64,000 bases of DNA from an uncultured virus (IMG/VR IMGVR_UViG_3300046663_000194) (IMGVR_UViG_3300046663_000194); one strand, 5' to 3'; counted from the first letter of the stretch, positions 46,346 through 55,783 are shown. Notes: a model not told the origin generated them from the sequence alone. Numbers and translations: made by a program.

Positions 46346-47379
46346 GCGGATCGCCATACAGCAACAGCAACCTTCACTATATCGCTAGGCGTCATGCTTT
46401 CATGAATTGGCAACAGCAAATGTTTGTCCCAAAAGTCCCTTGCTGGCGAACCGCTAGGAGGACTTATCCAGCGGTCAGACACAATCTCCGCAGCCACACC
46501 TAATTTAGCCATCTGATCTGCTGCGCGCAGACGGTGCCCGCATCGAACAGGCAACGCAAAAATCGGAACGTCATTCCTGAACAAATAGCGCGACCGCAGC
46601 CGTTTAATTATCTTGCTGGCATTTTCCCGCCGTATCTTAACGATGCCGTGAAAATCAAGGTCGTTACGAAACGCTCGCGCAAGCGCGGACATGGCACGCG
46701 GCTGCATATCAGATGAAATGGATCTGTAGTAATCCTCATAGTGGTTTAGGCTTTGAGCGTGCGCCTCCGGATACAGCGACGAAGAAGTCAGAGCAATAAA
46801 GCGATTTGCCACCATGTGCTGAAAATAAGCGTTTACGGCAACATCGTCGCTCGGCCGCAAATCCTTCGGCATGCTCACGTCCGCATTAGGCGAGCGAGAG
46901 AACAGCATCGCCCCATCAGACACCGGCAATATCTTATTCATCGAATACAGCGCGATGTCGGCGCAGTCGTTCTTCGGGTCGGGATTGACCAAGCAGTGCG
47001 CGCAATCTTCGAGCAGCAAGCCGCCCGCTTCGTGCGCCATGATCGCCGCGTCACACGTTGGCATCGCATAGCCGAAGTAATGCACCACCACGACAAGCGG
47101 CCGTTTTGTCGATGGACGCCCGGCAAATCCATGAACGCGACCAATCGCACGCCCTAGACTGCCAAGGTGAGGCGACAGGTCCGCTCTCAGATCGTAGAAG
47201 TCAACGCGAATGCCTGCTTTCTCAAACGGCATTATCAGTCCTTCCGGCACCATGTGCGGCATCACCACGCGGTCGGGACCGTAACGCTCGATAAGATGCA
47301 CCAAGCAACTGCGCCCGGTAGCAAACGTACAGGTTGTCAGCGGCAAGAGCATCGTATCGTAGCGCAAGACGGTCAGCAT
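46342..47379 (-). CDS. second DegT-like PLP-dependent aminotransferase (divergent)
   Basis: TGRSCL, VVHYFG, LEDCAH, YSMNKILPVSDGA, LLLPIH. Confidence 0.85.
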   Translation of the reverse strand: MLTVLRYDTMLLPLTTCTFATGRSCLVHLIERYGPDRVVMPHMVPEGLIMPFEKAGIRVDFYDLRADLSPHLGSLGRAIGRVHGFAGRPSTKRPLVVVVHYFGYAMPTCDAAIMAHEAGGLLLEDCAHCLVNPDPKNDCADIALYSMNKILPVSDGAMLFSRSPNADVSMPKDLRPSDDVAVNAYFQHMVANRFIALTSSSLYPEAHAQSLNHYEDYYRSISSDMQPRAMSALARAFRNDLDFHGIVKIRRENASKIIKRLRSRYLFRNDVPIFALPVRCGHRLRAADQMAKLGVAAEIVSDRWISPPSGSPARDFWDKHLLLPIHESMTPSDIVKVAVAVWRSA

Positions 47380-48200
47380 CAGGATGCAGTGAGGTGTTTA
47401 TATTGATGTTTGACGAAGCGGTCATACTCGGCGCGGTTCTCGACCTCGCACGGCATCAACGTTTTGATGCCAGAGCCAAGCGATTTAGAGGCGGCGCGCA
47501 GCGTGTCTACATAGGACGCCATCAGGCTAGGCGTGCATGACGCGGCATGATCCCGACCGGCTTGATGAGTGTCGAGCGTTATATGCTTCTCGAAGATGCG
47601 TGCTCCCAATCCAATCGCAATCAACGCCGCTTGACTAGTGCGTGTGTGATCTGAAAACCCGACCGTTATCTGACCAAACCGCCTGAAAATTTGGCGAATA
47701 ACCAGCAGATTGAGTTGATCGTGCGGCGCAGGGTAAGCCGACACGCAATGCAATATCGTAGTCTTGGCCGGTTGCAGCGCATGGATAGCCGCCGCCATCT
47801 CGCCCCACTCGCACGCGCCGGTCGAGAGAAGCACCGGCTTGCCGCGCTTGGCAAGCTGATAGAGTAACGGCTTGTTTGTAATATTTGATGAACCGATCTT
47901 GATACGCTCGACGCCCATTTCAATCAACGCATTGAGGTCTTGCCAGTCATCCGGCGTGCAGAGAAACCGTAGCTGCATGCCCTCCGCCAATCCCTTTAGT
48001 CGAGACAAGTCATCGGCGGACAATTCCAGCTTCTTCATTTCCTCCCACCGCTCGCGCGGATAGACACGCTCGCTATTCCATAGCTGAAACTTGACCGTAT
48101 CGCAGCCAGCGTCCTTCGCCGCCTTCATCAGCATCAACGCGGTGCCGATGTCGCCGTTATGATTGACGCCAATCTCGGCTATGATTTCGATGTCGTTCAA
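47379..48200 (-). CDS. neuB: nonulosonic acid synthase (NeuB family), lacking C-terminal SAF domain
   Basis: IIAEIGVNHNGD, VKFQ, KIGS, LSTG, LHCVSAYPA, GFSDHT, EKHITLD. Confidence 0.96.
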   Translation of the reverse strand: MNDIEIIAEIGVNHNGDIGTALMLMKAAKDAGCDTVKFQLWNSERVYPRERWEEMKKLELSADDLSRLKGLAEGMQLRFLCTPDDWQDLNALIEMGVERIKIGSSNITNKPLLYQLAKRGKPVLLSTGACEWGEMAAAIHALQPAKTTILHCVSAYPAPHDQLNLLVIRQIFRRFGQITVGFSDHTRTSQAALIAIGLGARIFEKHITLDTHQAGRDHAASCTPSLMASYVDTLRAASKSLGSGIKTLMPCEVENRAEYDRFVKHQYKHLTAS

Positions 48201-48400
48201 TATGGGTTCCTTTCGCCGCTCAGCAAACCCTCAATGCAATCATCCATGCGCTCCTGCTCGGCCTCTATAGCTTTTGTTAATTCCTCGCCCTTCATCCCAT
48301 CAAAAGCGTTCCGCATCGGAAAGTATACGCGCTTGAGCAAGGCACGAAGTCCATTCTCGATGCGCTCCAAGGCGTCAACGGTTGCGTGCACAGTCATCAC
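48197..48400 (-). CDS. small hypothetical protein
   Basis: GGAGG RBS; overlapping junctions. Confidence 0.55.
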   Translation of the reverse strand: MMTVHATVDALERIENGLRALLKRVYFPMRNAFDGMKGEELTKAIEAEQERMDDCIEGLLSGERNPY

Positions 48401-48789
48401 TTCCTCCTGTCCGGTGCCGTATCATTCTCGCCAATGCCAATCGCCCCCGGCAACTGCGGCTCCGGCGTAATCACCCCACGTTCCAGATTAGCCCCGGCAA
48501 GCAGCGGTCCAGCCGTTTTAGATGCGCGCTCGATGTCGTCCACAACGGCAAGAATCTGATCGCTGGTACACGTCCACGGTTCGCCATCCTTCCACCACCC
48601 GGTCGTGCGATGCATGAAGCGCATGTAGAAAGTCGTCGCAAGGTACTGATCCATTGTTTCAGTCAGCAGCGCCTTGCACAGCTTAATTGACTTCGGCGGC
48701 TTGCCCCATTCAAACGTGCCAAGCTCCCTCACGCCTGGATTGACGGCGAATACGCGCCCATCGTTGCCACCGACAAAACGTATTTTCAA
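48397..48789 (-). CDS. hypothetical protein (DUF6166-like FEWG motif)
   Basis: FEWG...ALL...Y..F...W...I pattern. Confidence 0.55.
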   Translation of the reverse strand: MKIRFVGGNDGRVFAVNPGVRELGTFEWGKPPKSIKLCKALLTETMDQYLATTFYMRFMHRTTGWWKDGEPWTCTSDQILAVVDDIERASKTAGPLLAGANLERGVITPEPQLPGAIGIGENDTAPDRRK

Positions 48790-49829
48790 ACGAACGGCCT
48801 CCTATAAGCGGGAAAGAACTCAGCGGTAGACTCTCGACCGTGCTGCTCTTGTTCTTCCATCGCCTTGCGATTGCATAGCGACTCATAAGCCGTGGCGTCG
48901 AAGATGCGCCCGTATCGCCTTGCTACCAAGAGAACGTCAGAGAATCCAGACTTGAAGAACAACAGCGAATTTGTCTGCGCACCCTCGACGTGCGGGCCGT
49001 CACCACCAAGATGAAAACGCTTGAAGCCCATATCGCGCAATTCGCACGCCACTTTGAAATACATAAAATCATCTAACCCGTCGCCTCGGCTCTCATCGTC
49101 ACTACCAAGAAAATGAGCATAGGCCGTTTCACCTAAACCTATTGTTAGCAACGCACGATGCCAGCCGCCATCTGTCCAGACTTCCCAGAAGCGAGCACCA
49201 ACCCCTTCTTTCTGATAGGCGTCCCAATATTCAAGCGAGTGCTTCCAGTAGGCGCTCGCCTCTAACCGCTCCATCGCTTTGTCATAAAGCACTTCAAGCG
49301 ACTTCGGCGTGCCCGCATGCAGGGTCGCTCGCGCTTCCTTCGCCGCCTTAATTCCGCGCCGCACGCGACGGCGCAAATGTTCGATGTCGAAATTAGTCAG
49401 ATCGACAACAACAACTTCCTTGGCTTCTAGATAGGTATTAACAGCGTGATTTAATAACTTGCCCTGCAAATCATCAAACAACGGATGCATGCAACAGAAC
49501 TCCGACACGATATATTCACGTCGCGCCCAGGCCCATAGATTGTCTTGAAACGGTGCCGCCAATTCAGGGCTGGCCCCTATCGGCCCGCCGTACCCGTAGA
49601 GACTTGTTAGCTCGAAATGATCTGCGCCGACCGGCATCATGAACATCGGCTGCATCACGAAGTCCGACCCTCGCGTGAACACTACGAGGATCGCATGACC
49701 CGGCCAGCGCGATTCATGGATGCGCGCATAGGCGGACGTGAAATGCACGTCCTGAAGCTCTATCGGAAGTCTATCGAAAAAACCGTCCCATTCGGCGCGA
49801 TCATCCGTAGCAGAGAGAATTATGAGCAT
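48786..49829 (-). CDS. FemAB/BioF2-like GNAT (amino)acyltransferase
   Basis: SLYGYGGP, IVSEF..HP, RRGIKAA, FHLGG, SLLFFKSGF. Confidence 0.88.
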   Translation of the reverse strand: MLIILSATDDRAEWDGFFDRLPIELQDVHFTSAYARIHESRWPGHAILVVFTRGSDFVMQPMFMMPVGADHFELTSLYGYGGPIGASPELAAPFQDNLWAWARREYIVSEFCCMHPLFDDLQGKLLNHAVNTYLEAKEVVVVDLTNFDIEHLRRRVRRGIKAAKEARATLHAGTPKSLEVLYDKAMERLEASAYWKHSLEYWDAYQKEGVGARFWEVWTDGGWHRALLTIGLGETAYAHFLGSDDESRGDGLDDFMYFKVACELRDMGFKRFHLGGDGPHVEGAQTNSLLFFKSGFSDVLLVARRYGRIFDATAYESLCNRKAMEEQEQHGRESTAEFFPAYRRPFV

Positions 49830-49832
49830 GAC

Positions 49833-50411
49833 TTAGTGCCGCGTAGATGGCGGTTTGAGCAGCAACGCTTCACCTGAGGTCGAGTTCACCTTTACTCGTG
49901 CGGCGGCCAAGTGCTGACGTTCTTCGTCCGTGAGCCGAGACATTATGTTGCCGGTTAGCGTTTGCGCCAGCCCTAACCCGGACAGATTCATCATGACGTA
50001 GGACGCTTCGGACGGCTTTCCTAAATCGAACGATACAACAACCTTGCCGCCTACCGGCATAACGCTTGCATTATCAGCAAGCTTGAATGCCTGAGTATCT
50101 AATTCAGGCGCGCAGCCAACCCCCCACTCCATCGGGAAATGAAACAGCGAGCCGGATTTGTGGCCTATCTTCTCAGCGGCCTGCACAACCTCATAAACAA
50201 GACCGAGCAACCACTTCGCTTTTTCTACAGGGAAGGTGATCGCGAACTTACGCGGCGGCGCGTCCTCTGTCCCGCCGCCAACCATGAACACCATCATGGC
50301 CGTAGTACCATCCGTCGATAAGCCCTGCGAAACAGATTCAAGCAAATGAACGTGGCTGCCGCCTTCGCCTGAAGCCAACTTCTCCATTACATCATCAGTG
50401 GTATCATTCAT
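49833..50411 (-). CDS. hypothetical protein, first gene of the sugar operon
   Basis: AGGAGG RBS. Confidence 0.75.
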   Translation of the reverse strand: MNDTTDDVMEKLASGEGGSHVHLLESVSQGLSTDGTTAMMVFMVGGGTEDAPPRKFAITFPVEKAKWLLGLVYEVVQAAEKIGHKSGSLFHFPMEWGVGCAPELDTQAFKLADNASVMPVGGKVVVSFDLGKPSEASYVMMNLSGLGLAQTLTGNIMSRLTDEERQHLAAARVKVNSTSGEALLLKPPSTRH

Positions 50412-50434
50412 GGTTGCCTCCTCTGAGAGGCGTC

Positions 50435-50498
50435 ACTGTATCACTCGAAATCGCTAGGGCAAGCCGCGTTTTACTTCATCGGTATAAAAATATATGAT
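50435..50498. promoter_or_regulatory. divergent promoter pair
   Basis: Minus strand: TTGCCC-16-TACAGT with TGn. Plus strand: TTTACT-17-TATGAT. Confidence 0.5.
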
Positions 50499-50529
50499 GG
50501 TTTAAGGTACAAACCAATAGGGGTCTGCA

Positions 50530-50802
50530 ATGTCAGCTTATGTTCCATGTCAACTGTCATTCCGCGCGCTCACAATCCTTGTCGAGCATATTGAAAATAA
50601 CTCGGATTGGCCCGTCATCGTCAACGACCAATCGCGCAATATCTGCACCACGGCTTTAATAAATCGCGGCTTTCTGCGCGTTAAAAACTCCCGCACTACA
50701 ACCATCACTCGCCAAGGCCATGAAACGTTCCTAAAGGCGGCTGCGCTATGGGCCGACTTCTACGAGCGGGCAGAACTCGCAGCGGCCGATTTAGCGGCGT
50801 AG
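50530..50802 (+). CDS. small winged-helix-like protein
   Basis: TALINRGFL...ITRQG motif. Confidence 0.65.
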   Translation: MSAYVPCQLSFRALTILVEHIENNSDWPVIVNDQSRNICTTALINRGFLRVKNSRTTTITRQGHETFLKAAALWADFYERAELAAADLAA

Positions 50803-51216
50803 GGGAACGGCCGCGAATCTGCGGTTCAGGCCCCCGGCCTTAGAACCCCCGATTGAGGGGTGTCCTAACCCCCCGTCAGCGCATCATAATTTAGGCTAAA
50901 ATTTTACTTGCCCTGCCGCTGGCAGCGGTTATCCTTCTTTCTGGGCCCCCGGTTCGGGGGGCCGGGGAGAGGCGGATCGAGAGCAGACGGCCCAAGGGCG
51001 ACACTTCCGGGGTAAGCGGTTAAGGCCCACCCAATCCAGACGCGGGATTGCAAGTGAAGCCGAAGTCCACCCAAAGACGAAGGTAAAACCTTTGCACGTA
51101 GCGGCGACACAGGGCTGAAACAGTCCCGACCGACCTACCCTAAAAACTTTTTACAATTTATTGCGGCGGGGAGTTCTCGCCGCGTTAGGCAATTTGCCAA
51201 TCAATGGAGATTGAAA

Positions 51217-51429
51217 ATGTCGCAGGAATTGAAGTTTAACGGACGCGGACTAAAGACGACGGCGGGCGCTCGCGGGCGGCTGCATCTTATAGCGCACCTG
51301 CTAGATGAACGGTGCCGCGCTTTCGTAGCAGAGCAGAACGGAATGTTTTACCCGGTTGTGATGCTAAGTGAAGCCACGCAGCACTGCTTCGCAATCGCTA
51401 GCCTGGGCGTGACGGTCGTTCGAGTTTGA
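51217..51429 (+). CDS. early hypothetical protein
   Basis: GGAG RBS. Confidence 0.65.
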   Translation: MSQELKFNGRGLKTTAGARGRLHLIAHLLDERCRAFVAEQNGMFYPVVMLSEATQHCFAIASLGVTVVRV

Positions 51430-51499
51430 TTGCAGTCTAGGTGCCGGGTTCGCTCCCGACACCTAAACGGCAATCACGCCGACAACGGGGCACGGCATC

Positions 51500-52273
51500 A
51501 TGAGCAAGATCACCAAAAAACTCGCCGCCAAGGTTGACGCGGCAATTAAGAAGTACAACGAGAACGAGTTGATTACCACTCAGAAGCAGATCGACAAGAT
51601 TACCGCTGACGTTCGGCGGAATGGAATTCCCGACAGCCTCAACCGCTGGATCGGGATGACGCCCGCGCTACTCGTTGCCAATAAGGCGCAACGAACGCGC
51701 ATCACTAACCAGCAAAAGAGGATGGACACTATGTCGAAAGTCGGAACGAAAGAAGCAGCGCTGCGCGAGCAACGCGGCTCCGTCACTACCCCGGCCACTA
51801 CAAACCTCACCGAGAAGGACAAGGTGGCTATCGTGGAAATTCAGGCACAAAAGGAAGCCAAGGTCGAAGCGAAGGCCAAGGCGAAGGCGGAGGAGAAAAA
51901 GGAGAACAAAAAAATCCGCGAAAAACAGAAGGCGGCGATCAAGGCGGGCGAGGTCGTTACCAAGCCCACAACGGTGACGGCAATCGCCAAGGTAACGCCA
52001 GAGCCGAAGACGGCGGCACCGAAGAAGACCAACGGCACCGCCAAGACAACCGAGCATAAGGGAGCGTTCACCGCCAAGGTGATCGATGATCTAATGCCGA
52101 TGGTAAAGAAGGGAACCACGTTAGGCGCGCTGATTAGCGCCGCGCGTTGGGGTTCCTGCGGCAACCCGGTTCGCCGAGCAACGCGGTTTATTACGACCGT
52201 GGCGCAAGGTGACTTCGGCCTCAAGGTTAAGATCGAGGGCGACGGAGAAGAAGCGAAAGTGAAGGTTGCCTGA
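51500..52273 (+). CDS. Lys/Ala-rich early protein (possible DNA binding)
   Basis: Low-complexity KAE/TK region; possible second start MSKVGTK. Confidence 0.7.
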   Translation: MSKITKKLAAKVDAAIKKYNENELITTQKQIDKITADVRRNGIPDSLNRWIGMTPALLVANKAQRTRITNQQKRMDTMSKVGTKEAALREQRGSVTTPATTNLTEKDKVAIVEIQAQKEAKVEAKAKAKAEEKKENKKIREKQKAAIKAGEVVTKPTTVTAIAKVTPEPKTAAPKKTNGTAKTTEHKGAFTAKVIDDLMPMVKKGTTLGALISAARWGSCGNPVRRATRFITTVAQGDFGLKVKIEGDGEEAKVKVA

Positions 52274-52346
52274 TTACTTTTTGCCCCGCGCCAATGCGGG
52301 GCGTTTGGAAATTTGAAACTGCAACACCAACCATGGAGACGGTACG

Positions 52347-53270
52347 ATGTTACAAGTTACCCGAAAGACAGACGCCGAGACGATACTTTCATCGAAGGCG
52401 ATCATCGCGGCACCGACTATTAGCCATTGGACGGCCCGCAAGTTCGACCGCAAGATGACCAAAGACCTCCACGAGCAGAAGAAGATGTCTGCCGATGCAG
52501 GGCGATACAGGAAGTATCTAGTCGGTGAGAACGACCTAAACGAGATTGCCCAGATTGTCGGGCGGGCGCGGTCCTATCACCTGTCGGCAACGCTCGCGTG
52601 GCTGGATCAAGAGGGCCGCCGCTTGTTGCCATCGCAAAAGTACGTCGAATACTGCGAGCAAATGAACACGCTCAAGCAGGAACACGAAGCGGCGGTCAAC
52701 AGATTCGTTCCACGCTACCCGGCAATGATCGAGCAAGCTAAGGCGCGCCTCGTTGATGCATTCGATCCAGCCGACTATCCGAACCCGCAGTCGATCAGAT
52801 CGAAGTTCAAATTCGACCTGAAGTTTTACCCGGTCGAGACATCGGACTTTCGTTGCCAAATCTCATCTGACGACATCGAGACACTACGCGACCAAATGAA
52901 GGACGGCATGCGCGATGCGTTGGAGCAGACGCAACGCGAGGCCATGCAGCGGGCGGTCAAGGCGATGGAGCACATGGTCGAGCGGCTCCGCGCCTTCAGG
53001 CCCGCAGAAAAGAAGAAAGGCATGAAGGGGGGCCAGAAGGTCGAAGGCAAATTCCACGACACGCTCGTGGAGAACGTTCGCGACCTGATCCCGGTCCTCC
53101 GGTCGTTCAACTTCGCCAACGACAAGGCTTTCGATCAAATCTGTGACGACATGCAGAAAGACCTTTGCCGTTACGACGCCGACGAATTGCGGGACGACCA
53201 AGACACCCGTAAGCAAGTAGCCGATTCCGCCGAGAAGATATTGGCGGACGTTTCACAGTTCATGGCCTGA
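52347..53270 (+). CDS. DUF3150-like helical protein of AAA/vWA module
   Basis: WTARKFD, TLAW...RLLP, FDPADYP, KFHDTLVEN. Confidence 0.8.
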   Translation: MLQVTRKTDAETILSSKAIIAAPTISHWTARKFDRKMTKDLHEQKKMSADAGRYRKYLVGENDLNEIAQIVGRARSYHLSATLAWLDQEGRRLLPSQKYVEYCEQMNTLKQEHEAAVNRFVPRYPAMIEQAKARLVDAFDPADYPNPQSIRSKFKFDLKFYPVETSDFRCQISSDDIETLRDQMKDGMRDALEQTQREAMQRAVKAMEHMVERLRAFRPAEKKKGMKGGQKVEGKFHDTLVENVRDLIPVLRSFNFANDKAFDQICDDMQKDLCRYDADELRDDQDTRKQVADSAEKILADVSQFMA

Positions 53271-53337
53271 TCGCAGCTTGGGTGCCTCGTTCGCGGGGCA
53301 CCCTATCGGCAATCCTGCCGAACTAGGGGACTACAAA

Positions 53338-54399
53338 ATGTCACAAGACATCAACCTTGAAATCGAGAATCCAGTTACCTCGCGGGAACTGGTTGACCTA
53401 ATTCAACTACATTGGAACGCTAAGCCGAAGCCGCAGCCCGTCATGATTTGGGGCGATAGCGGCATCGGCAAGTCGGACCTCGCACACCAACTCGCGGCGG
53501 CGACCAAGCGCAGGCCCGTCATGTTCATGCTCAACGTTCGCGAGCCTGTGGACATGCGCGGCGTCCCGATGGTCGATCCGAAGACCAAGACGACGCTGTG
53601 GTGCGCGCCGTCCGAACTGCCCAAGGCAGACGGCAGCGACGGCGACACGCTTCTGATCCTCGACGAAATCAATACCGGCGGACTTCAGATGCTGGCAGTG
53701 GCGATGCAGCTTGTTCTCGCGGGCGAGATTGGCGATTACAGACTGCCAAGCAACTGCCGCATCCTCGCGATGGGCAATCGAACGAAAGACAGCCGAGCGG
53801 TTGTCCAGATGCCGAAGCCACTCCGCAACCGCTTCGCGCATTACACCATGATAATCGACCACGACAGTTTGGTCGCGCATCTAAAGACGGTCGGTTGCCG
53901 CGACGAAATCGTAGCGTTCATCCGCTTCCGACCAGAGTGCGTTACCCGCCAGCCGAAGGGCGATGCAAACGCCTACGGCTCGCCTCGCTCCGTTCACCGT
54001 TGCGAGTCCTATGTAGACGCCAAGCCGCATCTGCGGTTGAAAGCGTTTACCGCACTCATCGGCAAGGATGACGGCACCGAGTTGGAAGCCTTCGTCGCCA
54101 TGTATCAGAGCCTGACTTGCATCGCGGACGTACTACAGAACCCGACCACTGCAAGGCTTCCTTCGCAGCGTTCGGAAATGTACGCGGTCGCAACGGCGCT
54201 CGGCAGACTGGCAGACAAGAAAAACTTTGCAAACATCATCACGTATGCAAAGCGCCTCGGCCAGCTTCATCGGGATATGGAAGTCGTCACCGTTACCGAC
54301 GCAACCGACCGCGACGGCAAGCTCTGTGAGTGCGCCGCCTATACGCAATGGGCGCTCGCCAATCAGGACGTGACGTTGCGGCATTTCGAAATCGCTTAA
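53338..54399 (+). CDS. MoxR-like AAA+ ATPase
   Basis: WGDSGIGKS, DMRGVP, LILDEIN, MGNR, LRNRF, SPRS. Confidence 0.93.
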   Translation: MSQDINLEIENPVTSRELVDLIQLHWNAKPKPQPVMIWGDSGIGKSDLAHQLAAATKRRPVMFMLNVREPVDMRGVPMVDPKTKTTLWCAPSELPKADGSDGDTLLILDEINTGGLQMLAVAMQLVLAGEIGDYRLPSNCRILAMGNRTKDSRAVVQMPKPLRNRFAHYTMIIDHDSLVAHLKTVGCRDEIVAFIRFRPECVTRQPKGDANAYGSPRSVHRCESYVDAKPHLRLKAFTALIGKDDGTELEAFVAMYQSLTCIADVLQNPTTARLPSQRSEMYAVATALGRLADKKNFANIITYAKRLGQLHRDMEVVTVTDATDRDGKLCECAAYTQWALANQDVTLRHFEIA

Positions 54400-54412
54400 C
54401 TTAACTCAAACA

Positions 54413-55783
54413 ATGGAGACATCGATGAAGATGATGACCCGGCAGGAAATGGAGCGGGCGGCAGCGGCGATTGTCCGCAAGGCCCGCTTCGAAATCCTCG
54501 CCAAGCATAAGTTCTACGCGGTGCTGCTGTCGCAGACGACAGACGTTGCCCGGTGGGATATTCCCACGATGGCAACCGATAGCGTCACCCATTTCTACAA
54601 TCCGCAGTTTGTTCTCGATCAGAGTTTTAGAAAAATCGTAGGGACAAACATTCACGAAGCAGAACATGATGCTCGCCATCATTCGACACGGCGCAAGGGT
54701 CGCGACCCATTGCTGTGGAACTACTCATGTGACTACTCGATCAACCCCGACATCATTGATGAGGGCTACGAACTGCCGGATGGCATTCTTCTTCGCGATG
54801 ACCTGCGCGGTCTAGGCGCTGAGGAAATTCACCGCATTCTTCGCAGCGAACAAGACCAGAAGCGGCAAGAGGAGCAGAAGGATGAAGGCCAGGAAGACAA
54901 GGACGGTGACGAGCAACAAGAAGGCAGTTCGCAAGGCGATGAGCAAGGCGACCAGTCCGAAGGCCAAGGCCAGAGCGAAGAAGGAACAGGCTCTGATGCA
55001 GAAGCTGATGCGGGAACTGGCGATGGCGCTACCGAGGCCGAGGGCGCAGGCGCTGGCGGTGATATTCCCTCATCGTGTGGAGCCGGTAGGTGCGGCGAAG
55101 TTCTCGACGCGCCTGGAGATGAGGCGGAGCAGGCGGACCTCGACGCGCGTTGGGAAGTGACAACGCGCCAAGCGGTCAGCATGGCGAAGAAGGCCGGGAC
55201 GCTTCCCGGTCATTGGGCGGCGGAAATCGAACGCCGCCACACGCCGACGCAAAACTGGAAAGAGGTTTTGCGCGAATACATCGACTCGTTTGCTGATCGA
55301 GTGCAAACGTGGAACCGAGTAAACCGCCGCTTTGTATCTTCGGGAATCACGCTCCCAAGCTATCAGCGCGACGGCGTGAACAAGGTTTGCTTCATCATCG
55401 ACGCTTCCGGCTCGATGGGCGGTCAGCACGTCAAGATCGCAAACGAGCTACAGGCGGCGCTCGATGATGGGTCGATCACCGATGCGGTCTTTATTTACTG
55501 TGACACAGAGGTCTATCACACCGACCGTTTCACAGGCGGCGACCGCATAACACTGGCACCGATCCGCTTGGGCGGCACCGACATGAAGCCAGCCTTTGCA
55601 CAGATCGAACAGGACGATGGCGATGCTTCGCTTATCATCTGCTTGACCGATCTTTACATCGGCGACCCAGGACCGGAGCCGCAGCAACAAGTGCTGTGGA
55701 TGGCCTACGGCGATCCGCGATCAATTGAGCATGAAGGCTCCCTGCTTCCTTGGGGCCGAGTGCTGGACGTGGACACCGAATAG
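54413..55783 (+). CDS. DUF2201-like metallopeptidase + vWA domain protein
   Basis: TMATD, HEAEH, acidic linker, MIDAS DASGS, GGTD, LTDL. Confidence 0.92.
   Translation: METSMKMMTRQEMERAAAAIVRKARFEILAKHKFYAVLLSQTTDVARWDIPTMATDSVTHFYNPQFVLDQSFRKIVGTNIHEAEHDARHHSTRRKGRDPLLWNYSCDYSINPDIIDEGYELPDGILLRDDLRGLGAEEIHRILRSEQDQKRQEEQKDEGQEDKDGDEQQEGSSQGDEQGDQSEGQGQSEEGTGSDAEADAGTGDGATEAEGAGAGGDIPSSCGAGRCGEVLDAPGDEAEQADLDARWEVTTRQAVSMAKKAGTLPGHWAAEIERRHTPTQNWKEVLREYIDSFADRVQTWNRVNRRFVSSGITLPSYQRDGVNKVCFIIDASGSMGGQHVKIANELQAALDDGSITDAVFIYCDTEVYHTDRFTGGDRITLAPIRLGGTDMKPAFAQIEQDDGDASLIICLTDLYIGDPGPEPQQQVLWMAYGDPRSIEHEGSLLPWGRVLDVDTE

Noticed and set aside
42516..50411. Host LPS/flagellar glycosylation island flanking a prophage
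   Set aside because: Flanked on both sides by phage genes, interleaved with phage-type small ORFs, no att/integrase or wzx/wzy/flagellin genes
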